From contig CM119263.1 of the NCBI GenBank assembly GCA_051294375.1, forward strand, positions 8,133,992 through 8,197,991: a stretch of 64,000 bases of DNA, in the 5' to 3' direction. Position 1 is the stretch's first letter. Each line of letters begins with the position of its first letter. This document shows positions 14,243 through 36,182 of the stretch, one piece after another. The DNA comes from Paraspadella gotoi. Its lineage: Eukaryota > Animalia > Chaetognatha. Below the pieces are notes generated by a model. The model had not been told where the DNA came from. It did not search any database and was given only the letters and a program-made list of their open reading frames with translations. A program made the translations under genes and the position numbers.

Positions 14243-15116
14243 CTCTCTCTCTCTCCTCTCATTCGTAAAATTTTTGGGACTCTCCATTACACGCGGAATA
14301 AAGGTATTGGCCAATAAGAAGAAAAAAAAAACCTGTTACAACACTAAAACTGTCCTAAAAAAATCGACCCAACGAATTTAAATAAAAAAGAAACAGGAAA
14401 CAAAAAGAGTGGAGAGACATCGAAAAAAAGCCTGGAAAATCGAATTCGAAAACGACCCGGAACAGAAAAAACAAGGAAATAAAAGCATTAAGAAACAAGG
14501 AGAAAAAAAAAGGAAAAAGAAAAAGGATTTCCACATGTTGGGACGTTCGTAAGCAAATTCTTTGTGACAAAGAGAAAAAATGCAGGCAAAAAAAGAGGTC
14601 GAGAAAGAGAGAGGGAAAAAATACATTTCTATTTTTCTTTTTTTTTTTTCAATTTCAGAAGCAACGATTTTTGCTTAAAACTATTAGCGTCATCCGACTT
14701 TCGTCTGGTTTTGGCCGGAGATTTGATGAAGGTGCCGAAGGCCTGCAGTGGAAAGGTGGGGGAAAAAAGAGCAGGGGGAAGACATAGAAATAGCAAAAAC
14801 CAAATTTGGATTTTAATATCGAACTTTTGTTTTTTAATTCAATGAATCATAAATTAAAATTTTATTTTGACTTTTTTAAAAGAAATATATATTAAATAGG
14901 AGAATAAAATATGTTATTTACGATCCAAATTGATTTATAATTGCATTTAAATATATTTAAAAAATAAACTAAATCAAAAAATAATTTAAAAATAAATTTC
15001 TAATATGCACTATTTTCATGTTAAACTTGTTTTATTTTAGACTTTCATAACAAGCTTTTTTTCGTGTCTTTGAAACGTTAAAACTTATTTAAATTTGAAA
15101 TGACCTGGCAATTTCA

Positions 15117-15204
<88 letters not shown>

Positions 15205-15430
15205 CCCTCTGTTCCTCAGATCGCTTCTCTCGACTTTATGTCAGCAAAGATTCTGATAAATCGGACCGGCATTTAAATAGAAAAAGAAGAAATGAAGAAA
15301 GAGAGAGAGAGAGAAAGAGAGAGAGAGACGCAGAGAGAGGAGAAAGAGAGAGACGAACGAGAGAGACGAGAGAGAGAGAGAGAGAGAGAGAAGGAGAGAG
15401 AGAGAGATAGGAGGAGAGAGAGAAGAGAAA

Positions 15431-15466
<36 letters not shown>

Positions 15467-15720
15467 AAGTGCTGGCTTGCCGGACAAAATAAAGAAAAAC
15501 GTTGAAGAGAGAGCAGAGAGACAGGAGAAAAATGAGAGAGAGAGAGAGAGAGAGGGAGATTCGCATTGCGAGAAAAAAGATAATTTAGGAAAAAGAGAGA
15601 AAAAGTGGAAAAAAAAGAAGAGGAAACGAAAAAAATAAAGAAGGCCCCCAAAAAAGTAGTTGAGACCGGAGATTTTTTTGTAAAAAAAAAAGATAAAGCA
15701 AAAGCAAAAAAGAAAGCTCG

Positions 15721-15755
<35 letters not shown>

Positions 15756-15893
15756 CAAAGCAAAAGAGAGAGAAAAGAGGAGAAGCCAGAAAAAGGAGGC
15801 GGCCGCCTAGCGACCTCCCGGCGCACAACGCTGATTCCCCCTCGGACAACTCGGCCCTTTTTGTCATTATTCCCTCTTTACTTCTTTATTTTC

Positions 15894-15954
<61 letters not shown>

Positions 15955-16922
15955 TCTCTCTCTCTCTCCCCTAAGCGCCTCACCGTTTTTTTTTTATAGA
16001 GGACAAACAAATGGTAACGTCAGGAAGAAGCATGGTTGAGGAGAAGAAGAAGAAGAGGAAGCAGCAGGAGAAGCATGCGGACAGGGGCGCAGGCTTGTGA
16101 TGCGAAACGAAGCAATCCGGTATAGCGAAACATTCTAGGCGAGAAGCAGAATATCCAGGTTTGAGAGAATGAACTCGAATCAGCGGCAGATCAGCAGAAA
16201 TATTAGACTTAAAGTTTGTTCGTTTGTTATTTTGTTGTTTAAAACTATGGTCAATTTCTTCCAAACGTTTTCTTTGATACATAAGCCATTGAATTTTACG
16301 AGCGGACAATTTTCATTTATTCCAATCAACGTTTATTCATTCCTTAAGTCGATTTATTATATTTCATTTTATTCATAAATTCATTCATTAATCTCATTTC
16401 ATAAATTTGAAAATCTCTCTCTTTCAGGTTTTCTTTTGTTTTTCTTTTCTCAACCTTTTCTGCGCTTCTCTTGTTTTTATTTTCCTAATCTTCAAGTTTT
16501 TTTTCTTTCCTTCATTTTTTTGTTCCTTTTTTTTGGTTTTATCCCCTTTTGTTATTTTTTTCGTGCTGGTTCCTTTTCATTTTTTTAAACTTGTTTTCAT
16601 TCATTATTTGTTTAATTTTTCAATTTTTTTTCTTACTTTTTTTTGGTTAATTTTTTTTTATTATCAGCAGGTTTTCTTTTATTTTTCTATTTCAAATTGA
16701 ATAAACCGCCACACTCCCGTATTTTTTTTTCTCGGTTTGTTTATATATTTGTTTATAATTTATTTTTATTTTTAAATATGTTTTTCCTGTTTTCATTACG
16801 AAATATTTAAATACCCGTCGGTTCAGTCTATTTTTCTTAAGCAAGCATCGACAGCTTCTAGCTTTGTAGATTCTCTCCTGCTTGCTTGAGTGCTTGTTTG
16901 CTCGTTTTCGTTTTTTCCTTTT

Positions 16923-16924
<2 letters not shown>

Positions 16925-16966
<42 letters not shown>

Positions 16967-16970
16967 TTTT

Positions 16971-17017
<47 letters not shown>

Positions 17018-17090
17018 AATCGTCTCGGTATCATCAGGGATTCGGAAAGCGTTGTCGCCCCACCGCCGTCGTCGTCTTCGTCGTCGACAT

Positions 17091-17173
<83 letters not shown>

Positions 17174-17185
17174 TCATCATCACCA
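16925..17185. repeat. Compound microsatellite: (TTTC)n, short unique spacer, then (CAT)n(CGT)n
   Basis: Read directly; homologous tracts at ~3350-3680 and in reverse complement at ~38790-39070. Confidence 0.95.
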
Positions 17186-17286
17186 TCATTTAAAGTCGTC
17201 ATCGCTTTTGTGCACGTCTTTTGTCTAGTTGTTATCTTTGTTGTTGTCGGTTGTTGTTCTTCTGTTCGTCCTCTTCCCCACGGTCT

Positions 17287-17325
<39 letters not shown>

Positions 17326-17781
17326 CGGCCGCTAACGATAATGATCCCGAGATGGGAGGATGCCCATCAGAGGCTTTCGCGGACTTTCAGGTCATTGAAA
17401 AGGACGGCTGCTCCTCTCTTGGCCGAGGCGTCCAACGAGAAAAGGAATCGGAGAGAGAGCGCGACGGGACGCCACGCGGCTTTTCAAAACAAACAAAACA
17501 ACATCGTGACGAGAAGATCAGAAAAAAATGACATTAGCTAGAACTATAAACGATGAGAAAAAAAAACATATTAGCACTGGTACTTTATGTAACGATGAAA
17601 GCCAATAAGCTACATCCCGGGAACGGCCATGTTAAGCAATAAACGAACTATTTGTTTAATCGATAATTAGTGTCTAAATAAATACTACATTTGTTTTTAA
17701 AATAGAGGAGAAAAAAAAATAAAAATGAGATTAAAGGTCATCTCTTTAGAGGCAGAAAGGACGAGCAAATTCGATGCTATA

Positions 17782-17845
<64 letters not shown>
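17782..17845. repeat. (GAC)n microsatellite; similar tracts at ~52430-52490, ~57250-57283, ~57445-57480, ~61598-61660
   Basis: Trinucleotide run read directly. Confidence 0.95.
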
Positions 17846-17846
<1 letters not shown>

Positions 17847-18575
17847 AGGATTTGGTTGACAAAGTCGACAATAACTATGATTACTATATTTATATTTATA
17901 ATCATAGAAAAACATCAAAATAGTCCCGGAACATGCGTACTTATGAGTCTGGAATAAGTTAAATATGTGACAAAATAATCACTAACTTTAATTCTTGGGA
18001 GTTGGGCCAACTCTTATATAGTAGCGGAGAGGATACTGAACTAATGATGTAAGTGAAAAATAAGACAAAAATATATAAAAAGCAGTAAGAGCCTAAATAT
18101 AATTGAATTTATTTGAGCTAGAAGCTAGAAGCCGAAATTACTGGGGCTTTAGCCAAATATCGGAGGAGTCCCGAAAGCTGCGAACGAAAGCCAATCGGGG
18201 AAAAAAAATGGGCACCGACTGGATATCGGAAAATTGAAAAATCGATGGAGTGAAATTGTGGTCGTTCGAGTCAATCATGATTTCATGTATGATAAAATTG
18301 ATGATAAAATTGATGATAACATTTTCGAAGGCATAATCGTTATCAAGATTATCTTCATCGTCATTGTTATTATCATTTGAAAAAAAACCCGAACCATAAT
18401 CGGCCCAGTCGTTACCCTTTTACCTACTTTCTCTTTTTTGAAAGGATTACCTCTCTCTCGCTCATTTTTCACCTTTCTTCTACTTACCTTATCTCTCTCT
18501 NNNNNNNNNNNNNNNNNNNNNNNNNGTCTGCTCTCTCTCTCTCCTGTCTCTCTCTCTCCTCTCTCTCGTTCTCTG

Positions 18576-18608
<33 letters not shown>

Positions 18609-19404
18609 TCTCTCGCTCTCTCTGTATTTCTCTTCAGGCTGCTGACAACAGTCTTAGAAGTTTCTGCGTCGGTTTTAATAAACTGAAGAGAAAAATGTGA
18701 TTTTCTAATTCCTTCATTCATCAAAAAATCACAAAAGAATGAGAGAGGAGATGAAAGAAGAAAAGAGGAGAGAGAGAGAAGAGGGAGAGAAGAGAGAGAG
18801 GAGAGCAGATGAAGAGAGAGAGAAGAGAACGAGAGAGAGAGAGTCAGTCACGAGGCTTTGAGACATAAACAACCGTCTAAATGCTTTCGTTCTTTCTTTC
18901 TTTCTTTCTTATGCAGCTTCTTGGCTGCAGAGAAAAAAAGGTGTAGGTGATATCAATATAACTGTGGGTTCCTCTCTCCTCCTCTCTAAAACATATGCTC
19001 CATCTGCATATATAAATCTCTCTCTTTTCTTCGAGAGAGAGAGAGAGAGAGTACAGCTTTGACGCCAACAAAAAAATTGCATGAGCATTGGTGGAGAAAA
19101 AAAGGGAGGGGAAAAAATGTGGTCCCCCCCAAAAAAAGCTTCAATCGGAATAAATTGAGTTGTTGCGGGGGAGGGGAGATAAAGGCGACGACAATGACGA
19201 CGACGAGGACGACGATAACAGCGAGGACGACACAAACGACGACAGTTACGACGACAACGACGACGTCGGTGACGTCAGCCTCACCCAATAATTTTCCACT
19301 AAATCACGATTTGTCCGCGAAATTTCCGGCGGTGGAATCTTCTGACGCGGATTTATTTCCGGCTTTAGAATTTGAAAAGATAAGCTTTTTTCATTAAGAG
19401 AGGA

Positions 19405-21480
19405 ACAGACACTAAGTCCAACCTGGACGACAACGACTAACAAGAACCACTCAGCCAGACAACGAAAAAGAGAGCACCATCGCGTCAAACATAACGACGT
19501 CGAGAGATTGATCTCTACTTGCCATCACGACGACGAACGATCCGCGATACAACAGACAATCACAGAATAACGACATCGAAGGTGTTCAAGACAAGAGTAA
19601 AAGTCTGGACTACAGTTCTTATACTATTGCAATTTCTATTTCTAGACCTCACGACAAAAAAGGAAAAAAACTATTTTAAAATTTTTTTTATTTCGCAGAC
19701 AGTGGCCCACCTAGAAGGATCAATCAGGACCTTGCAAGAAATGCCCTCGTTGGTCGCAATCAGAGCAAAATGCCATTGACCAACAACAAACAAAACAGAT
19801 GACCAGCTGGGCTTTATTAGCCGGACCGAACCACAAGGTTCCGACAGAGGAAGCATCCACCGAGCTCGCGCACAGCGGAAACCGGCGCGAACTGAGCCAT
19901 CCTTGCGATTGTCAGTAAGATAGTTCGCAACGTAAACGACTAATTGGACATCATCCCATGCAAAATCATGTCAGTCTCAGGATAGCTCGGCGCGCCTCTT
20001 TCGTTGCTCTCTCACATCACATGAGCGACGGCTGAGTTTATCGATGCCATCCACAAACTCTCGCTCACAACCGAGCCGCTGCGTAACAAGATGCAAATCA
20101 CAAAAAATACGTCTCTCGGTAACAAAGAGATTTGTTGGCCCACACAAGACCAGCGTCACGAAACGTGCAAAAAATGGGCTCAAGGCTTTCGCCTTGACTG
20201 CCAGCAGCAGCAGGTAATCACAAGACGACACACCCAGCTCCAACTACAACCTTTGAACTCACCACATTCGAAGGCGTTTTTCCGAACAATAGTAATCAAT
20301 TGACAATTGTGGTCCCTTGCCCACTTCAGGCTGGTTACAACGATAAGCTTTATAAACTCTCTCCTTGTAGACGTTTTCTCGTTGGCCATGAAAGACATAA
20401 TTCCACTCTATCGCGGATAATCATCCGCAGTAACACGTAGCAACAAACTTCCATTCAGGAACGAATCGCCTAGATCGGATCGTACCAGACAGATCACTTC
20501 CGACCAGTGGAACAACAATTCACGATTACTGAAATTGTGGCAAATCACTGAGCAAGCTATAGGCTACAAGCTCAACACCAGACCACAGCTTATCTCCACC
20601 CGCAGGCCGAACGGCGATGGTCAGATCAGTCGTATACATCCACCGTACCACTGATCAGCGAATCGCTATCATATGAAACGCCCGTTGGGGGGTTTTTTGG
20701 GGATTGCGTCCGGCGCAAATTGGTTCAATCAAACTACCCTGGGTCTTATTAAGGACTCAGAGTCTGCAACTCAAAAGAAGAGAGCCTACAAGTCATCAAA
20801 CAGCAGAACTTGTATTCGGTCACATACAAAAGCAAATCCAGCGAACTGGTAAGTAGGTCACACTCTCCAGCCAACAGATCTCAAATGCCACAAACATGAG
20901 GCTGCAACAAACTGAACAACGACGTTGCATTGTTGGAGACCAGTTCCTAATTGGCAACTCACCCACCTTTCATCTTCTACAGTCATTCTATCAGCAAACT
21001 GGTTTTTGTGCAATCCGTGGCCAACAAGGGTATATCATCTCCGCTCGCGCCCTACTTGGGCCTTTACAAAGTAGTCCTCAAGAGATGACAAACTTCACAG
21101 TGACATCCCTGGCGAGGACAAAGAGAAGCACTCCATCGACAGGATCAAGCCAGCAAACAACAGAACCGGATATCCAACCACACCTCCAGCAGCCCCAAGA
21201 AGAGGACGACCACCAGCAGCAACAGGCGAGTCGTTTCCTAGGGGGGAAGGTCAAACCAAATAATAGAGCAAGAGTCAGCCCAGCGGCCGATTTCTCCACT
21301 CATTCCCAACATTTATATCCTCAGGCGACGCAACCTCAACAGCAACGTCAACAAGAACCTCCACACAAACAGCAACGGCCACCACGACAAACGATCCACT
21401 CGACAAACCAACACGAATCCAACCTCAGAGAACAAGCACGTGCAAAGACCAATACCATCGTCTGGGTTCTGAAGGAATAG
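19405..21480 (+). mobile_element. pol: Ty3/gypsy LTR retrotransposon pol fragment (RNase H C-terminus, integrase, GPY/F tail), heavily frameshifted; CsRN1-like
   Basis: Motifs occur in canonical order across shifting frames: AHLEG ~19705, DAIHKL..H ~20043-20068, KWAQ ~20172, LDCQ ~20193, GPLPT ~20311, VD.FSRWP ~20367-20388, ITSDQ ~20493, TTAY/HPQA/NG ~20582-20615, LPWVLL ~20734, AELVFG ~20803, PYLGPYKV ~21050-21073, SIDRIKPA ~21132-21155. The clade assignment is inference. Confidence 0.9.
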
Positions 21481-21488
21481 ATATAATA

Positions 21489-21760
21489 TGTAATTAGATG
21501 TTAAATCTAACTATCAGTCATGGTCGCCTGAGATCCGTGATTGTTAGATAACCGTTATCAGCACTATCACCAAATCATCACCAGTTGGTCACTGTTACGA
21601 TTAATCACAACTTCGCCTAACAGCAAAGTAATCATGCAAAACAAAATCAATTACAACAAGCTGGTTATTTCATGATTTAACAAGCTTGCCTAATAGCAAG
21701 CAATCATCATAACACTTTGACCAAACAATCATTTTCCTATCCCCTACATTCCTTTTGAAA
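21489..21760 (+). mobile_element. Possible 3' LTR of the gypsy element
   Basis: Position only: a TG follows a purine-rich stretch (GAAGGAATAGA) after the integrase tail. There is no second LTR in the window to confirm it, and the end is unknown. Confidence 0.25.
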
Positions 21761-22359
21761 TTTCTTAACAAAATATTTTTTTTTTTTTTTGAGAAGAGAA
21801 TATATGTAAATATATTATTGTAGAAGACAAACCCCTATTTAGTGGGATCCCCCAATTGTTTCTCTAGCCATTTTTTGCCAAATATTCACCCAAGGAAGAA
21901 ACAATATTGTAAAAGTACTTTGTTTCCTTAACTAGTAGTACAAGTCACGCTCAAGACTGTAAAAGGGTCAGTTGAACCCCTAAGGTCCGAACTTTGAGGG
22001 GGGGATGAGGCGACTTACCACTCCGGTCCTTTCCCTAAACCCTCCTCTCTCCCTTCTTTCGAGCCGGTCTATTCCCACAGGTCACTTTGCCCTAGCTTTG
22101 GCAAATGACCTTAGATTGACCGGACACAGTAATAGGCCGAGGCGACCGTAGGGTCAATTGGTCCGGGCGATGATAAAAGTGGATCAGGAGAGAGCTAGAC
22201 TCACTTCTTTCTAACTTCTCTTACATGTCACAATTCTTCAAACCTTCTTCTCACTTTTATTCATTACTATTTATCGTCTTCTACACACCTCTCAGCATTT
22301 CATTCCCGATCTTCTTAATCTGCAACCAAGATTTTTTACAGCGGTGCCTCCTCTTTTAC

Positions 22360-22720
22360 ACAGCATTCCACTCTGGCTCTATCTTGAAATGCCCCAAATC
22401 CAATTTTTCACTCATCAGCGCTCCCCCTTAAATGCAACCCCCAGCATTCCATTTCCCAGCTCTCCCTTATGCATCCACTCACGAGCATTCCACTCTCCAG
22501 CGACTCCCCTTAATGTCCACCCCACATTCCACTCCAGCGCTTCCGCTTAATGCTACCACCCCACATTCCACTCCAGCGTCCTTAAATGCTCCACCCCAGC
22601 ATCCGACTCCAGAGCTCCCTTAATGCTCCACCCCAGCTTCACTGCCATGCAGCCCCTTAATGCTTCCACCCCAGCATTCCAACTCCACGCATTCCCTTAA
22701 GCTACCACCCCAGCATTACC
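22360..22720. repeat. Minisatellite, ~37 bp unit (approx. CCAGCATTCCACTCCAGCGCTCCCCTTAATGCTCCACC), roughly 9-10 noisy copies
   Basis: CAGCATTCC and CCTTAATGC words recur at ~35-40 bp spacing. Confidence 0.85.
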
Positions 22721-22882
22721 GTTCCGTCCCTCCTGTTCCCAGCCCCAATGGTTTATAGTTAAGCCTTCGTTATCGTGCTTCAATTCGAGATCTCGCGCAG
22801 CATAATGACTGTGAGGCAGCTGCGAAGCCGACTTTAACAAACCTCTTCTGCTCAGTAGAAGAGAGAGAGAGAGAGAGAGAGA

Positions 22883-22918
<36 letters not shown>

Positions 22919-25900
22919 AGAGAAGTAAAACTGTCGTTTTAACTATGGAGCGTCTATTCAGCTACACTGTTTATCCCTGGTTTTGTGTCTCGACGATAAA
23001 ATTCCTCTTTTTCACTTTTCCTCTCTCTCTCTCATCATCTCACTCTCTCTCTCTCTCTCCTTCTCTCTCTCTCTCCATGCTCTCTCTCTCTCACTTTTTT
23101 TTTTTCCAATTTTTTTTCATCTTCTTTCTTTTTCGCGAAAAAAAAAAGTGATAGAAAAAAGAAGGGTCTCACGAAAGTCGTAGAAAAGTCTCAACAAAAA
23201 AAAGTCATTGTTGAGACTATGAAATGATCGGATTTTTTGAGCGAGAGAATACAAGAATACGAATTTAGCTCGTCGTCATAGGAGAGGAAAACTTACCTTG
23301 ACCAAACTGCAGACGATTGATGAAAAATCCTCGTTTTTATCTGTCTCCAAGGGGGGGGGTTGAACGAGCGGGGAATTGAAAAAAAGTTTAATCAATTTTA
23401 TAAAAAATTATGTTCGTGAGCTTTCGTTAATTTGGGAATAATATCTTAATAATAATTTCATGCTGTAATTTTTTCCCCCAACGCGATAGCCGAGTGTGTG
23501 ATCTTTAAGGTGCGAATAATCGTTCTCATTTTTCCTCATCTTCCCTCTCATCTTTTCTCAATCTTCCTCCATCAAATCCTCCCTCCCTCATCTTTCTCAT
23601 CCTACTCCTTCATACCTCCTCATCTTCCTCCTCATATTTCTCTCTCTCTCATCATCATCCTCCTCAACATTTTCACTTCCTCCTCATCTCTTCTCATCTT
23701 TCTCCTCATACCTTCTAAATCTTCTCCCATCCTCCTCCTATATCACTCTCATCTTTCTCCTCAATCTTTTCTCATCCTCCACTCTCATTTTCAACTTGTC
23801 CAATCCTCATCCTCCTCCTGATCTTTCCTCCTCATCCTCCTCCTCATCTTCCATCATCGTCTTCTTCGCCAATCGATTCTCAAAGATCCTACTCTTCCTC
23901 ACACCCACCACAGACGAATTGATCTAAATCAGTTTCAACTACACACAGTCTCCAAAAAAACTCATTGAAAGATGACCTTTCTATTTTTAAAATCCATCTA
24001 TTTACAGCCTTCTCCTTTCGCCATAGCCTCCGACTAATTATGTTGCCTAATTTCTTTCTTTACTCCCGTCTATTCCGGTGCCTTTGAAAAAAGAAAGGAG
24101 AGAGAAAGAAAAGAAGTGAGAGAGAGAAAGAGAGAGATCCATCTGCTGGCCATATTGTCAAATGCTCTCCATTGATTCCTATGAGAGACCATTGCATGAT
24201 GACATAGGGGCCCTTCTTTTTTTGACACGTCACCTTTGGACGAGACCTTCTCTTCATTGTCACTATTTCTCAATTCTCATCTTTTCTCACTTCTCTCTCT
24301 CTCCTCTCATCTCTTCTCATCTCTGCTGCTCTCTCACTCTCTCATCTCTCTGGCTGATTTTTCTCTCTCTTTCGGTCTTTTCGAGTCCGACTATTGATTT
24401 TCTTCTGTCCTTTAAAACTAATGTCAGATCCGATCAAAATAATATATTCATAATGACGTATAGAAAGAAATTTTCCTCTGCTCTCTCTCTCCTCTTCTCT
24501 CTCTCTCTCATCTCTCATCATCTCTCATCCTCTCTCTCCTCATCTCTCTCTCTCTTCTCTCTCGCCTCATATTCTATCTACTCCCTTTCCCATCGTTTAT
24601 TTTCCCGCCATGGCGACAAGCTCGTCCTCTGAATTTGAATCAGCAAAAGCAAGATTCCTCGTGGGTGTTAAATGCTCAAAAGAATCTCATCTTGTTGCTT
24701 TTCCCCTAGACTGTATTCTCATCCCCCTCGTTCCCTCCCACGATCTCCCGGTATCATCCGGACTCTCGCGATTCATATAATCTCACTGATGGGAACTACG
24801 AGTCCTCTTGAATTAAACTCATGATTCTCATATTATTCCCTATTTTTTCAACCTTTCCAGATGTCCGAGCTCCGGCCGAATTTAAAGTTTAGCATTTTCC
24901 TCATGTTTCCCTTAAGCGGTGTTAGAAATAGATCTCCGATTGCTCAATTCGACTCAAAACGTTCACAATGAAATTGAAATAAGGTTTATCTAGTTATCGT
25001 TGATTAGAGCGTTTTCTTACAAAACTGAATAACTTGCTAGAATAAATAAAGAAAAATTGCTTCTGTCCGTATTACATGAAGAAAAATACTATCTATACGT
25101 ATATAAATGTTTCTGTAACGTATTAAATCGAATTTTGCCCTGAGAAAAAAAAAAATCGAGTAACATTCTCACTCGCGACCCTGAAACTGACCTCGGAGCC
25201 TCACGTCATTCGTGAGACATTTTCGATCGCAGTTTTAATATCTTTTCAAAATCGAGAGAATTTCATTTGGATGAATTTTTCACAACCGATTCATTTCCAT
25301 TCAGTAATTCATTTTCCGCGCCATTGTCCTCAACTGAAACGAATTTCAAGGACGACGTCTGGGCTCGCTTCTCTCGTCTTTTTTCCTATCTATCGTTTAC
25401 AACGAACACCTTGCCCTTATTTCTCTCTCCTCCACTACTCTCTTCCTCTCTCATCTCGATCTCTCTCTCCTCTCTCTCATCTCTCTCTCTCTCTCTCTCT
25501 CTCTCCTTAGCCGCCCATATCTGTCTCACACATCTTCCTTTCTCTGTCTCCCCTATTTTTTTTTCTTCTGCATTAGCGGAAATTAGGATGTTAGCAATTT
25601 CCAATGGAGCAAAGCTTTCCTTTTCTGTGATATTGAATTGGTTTAAAAAAAGGCGTCACGCCGCGCCGGTTTGAAGAACCTGCTTTATGATTTATGCTCG
25701 CCCAGTACCAGCGGTCGCGTCCCTGACCCCTTTCCACCTGCCCCTGCACATTCCCGCTTTACTACAATTCCCTCCCACTGACCGAGACATTATTCAGCTG
25801 CAGGCGAGGGGTGCCCACGTTTCGACATTTTCATTTGCAAGGAGGGGTAAGGGAGACATGTGCTCTCTCATCTTCATGGTTTCATCTCTCTCCTTCCCCT

Positions 25901-26210
25901 CAGTCTGTTTTCTCTCTGCTCATCATCTCTGTTTCTTTCTCGTCATCTCGTCACTTTCACGTCTCTCCATCTTTCTCTCGATCTCCTCTCCTCATCTCCG
26001 GTCTCATCTCCTAGTCTCCCCCTCTCATCATCTTCTCAATCGATCATTCTTTTTTCCACAGTAGAAAGCGACTCGGGGGCAAAGTCAACATGGAGACTGA
26101 AAAATTTCATCGGCGTTGTTTTGTCAGCAGATCGAAAACAATTTTTTTATTTTTTTCTCTTTAATAGCTCTGTCATACACTTTCANNNNNNNNNNNNNNN
26201 NNNNNNNNNN

Positions 26211-27236
26211 AACAAAAACTGCCGCCATAAAGGTGGAGTGCCTTGCTAACAATTAGCTTTTGTGCGCCGGGAATTAGCTTATAAGTTGATCAAAACCCTC
26301 TGCCCACAAACCCAGAACAAATTAAAAAGAAAAAGAAAAAAAAATTTATAGTAGCTTATTTTTTTTATTTTATTATTTCAATCCGTTTTGCTTTTTACCC
26401 TGATGATTATATTTAGCGTAATTCACAACAGCTTTTATAAGTATGATCATTACTTTTTTCTAAAATGCTGATAAACTAATGGACGTTTTGTATTTTTTTT
26501 ATTTTTCATAACGTCCACATTATATTAAAATTTTTATCATTGTATTTGCGGCTACTGATGATCTTTTCTCTACAGTGATTTTTTAATATTTAGTTAATTT
26601 TTTTTACATCAGCCTTTATTGAGTTTTTGTTACTAGAGCTGAGATGAATAATATTATTTTATTTTGTACTTTGACATCAGCATTTTTCTATTTTCCATTA
26701 TATTTTGCCTCACTGTGTTCCATTACCTCCAAAATAATTCCTGTTTAAATTTCTGTGAAAAATTTTTCAGCTATCAGCTTAATCACAAGTTTCATTTACT
26801 AGTATTAGAGATTTTTTACAGCTATGATATATAAATTTCTTTTTATTTTTTTTACTTTTTCAATTGTCATCAGCATTTGTATTTCCTTATTATCACTATT
26901 TACCTATAGATTACCACCCCCAGTCAAATGTGCCTCTGTAATGTCCAGTCAAAGAGTCTCAGTTTAGGGTTGTTATTCCTTCCCCACCCCTTAGTTCCAC
27001 ACGATGCACTTCAGTGACATTCGAGGTCACAGTGTGACATCTTTTTCCAAGAGGAGGCACTCGATCCTCATCCTCCTCTTCCCCTCCCTCTCCCGAGGCA
27101 TCCGTTCCTTTTTTAGTTCACTCTCCGCGTTTCTCGAGTCCTTACTAACTTCCTTCTTTTTAAATACTTCCGGCCAGGGCTTTCCTCAAAAACATTACTG
27201 TTGCGATATAAGTCTTCTTCTTCAGAGAGAGAAAGA
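26211..27236 (+). repeat. 1026-bp segment repeated in exact inverted orientation at 47171-48196
   Basis: It starts AACAAAAACTGCCGCCATAAAGGTGG directly after a 25-N gap, and its reverse complement ends at 48196. The lengths are equal, and the ORFs at 27004(+) and 47017(-) share an identical N-terminal translation. Confidence 0.95.
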
Positions 27237-35631
<8,395 letters not shown>

Positions 35632-36182
35632 TCCTCTCTCTCTCTTTCCTCTCTTTTGTCGTTGTTGTTTGATACTTTTTCATACTCGATCCTCCATTCA
35701 TCATTTGCCTTTTTGTTTATCTTCTCTAAAGCTTAACGCTTCGGGACTTTGAATAAAAGAGAAAAAGAGTGAGAAAAGAGCAGAGAGTAGACGAGATGTC
35801 TCGTATGACTCGGATCTCGATTAAATCAACAGCAACCTGAACACCAGAATTTCTATTCAAGTATAAACAATTAAAGCCACTCGTTTAAAAATAAGAGCAC
35901 GACTTGCGTCTCATCACTGAAGCTATGAAGATTGGACATCAATACTGGCATCACCATCTTCTCACCCTTAGTCTCCATCCTTTTTCTTCAGCCCTCCAGC
36001 CTCATCTCTACGATACAACAAAATGGCTGCCCACCTGTATACGATCGACTCTTGGTCGAATCCTCCTTCTTTGCCGCGCACATCGCTCTACATCTCCGGT
36101 CACTTCTCTCGATCTCATTGGCGCCTCTCTCTGGTCACAAGCGCCTTATCTTTCTCANNNNNNNNNNNNNNNNNNNNNNNNN

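Larger units (their letters stand above)
2863..16410 (+). repeat. Copy 1 of the recurrent locus; includes the 3 kb foldback insertion
   Basis: Anchors recur elsewhere: TAATCGTCTCGGTATCATCAGGGATTCGGAAAGCG (~3523, ~17018, reverse complement ~38950), AAGACGGCCGTAAGCCGTCTT (~9518, 39301), CTTCTTCACGGATGAAGGCCTCGTCC (~12810, ~42357, reverse complement ~31940). Confidence 0.93.
16425..19400 (+). repeat. Copy 2 (partial) of the recurrent locus, lacking the foldback element
   Basis: Colinear with 2863-4117 joined directly to 7133-8780. Confidence 0.93.

Noticed and set aside
22360-22720. ~37-bp periodicity resembling a CRISPR array
   Set aside because: The units are head-to-tail with no unique spacers, there are no cas genes, and the context is eukaryotic.
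35660-36157. Apparently novel sequence next to a 25-N gap (similarly 18850-19020)
   Set aside because: It contains scrambled fragments of adjacent sequence and is consistent with low-quality read ends or misjoins.
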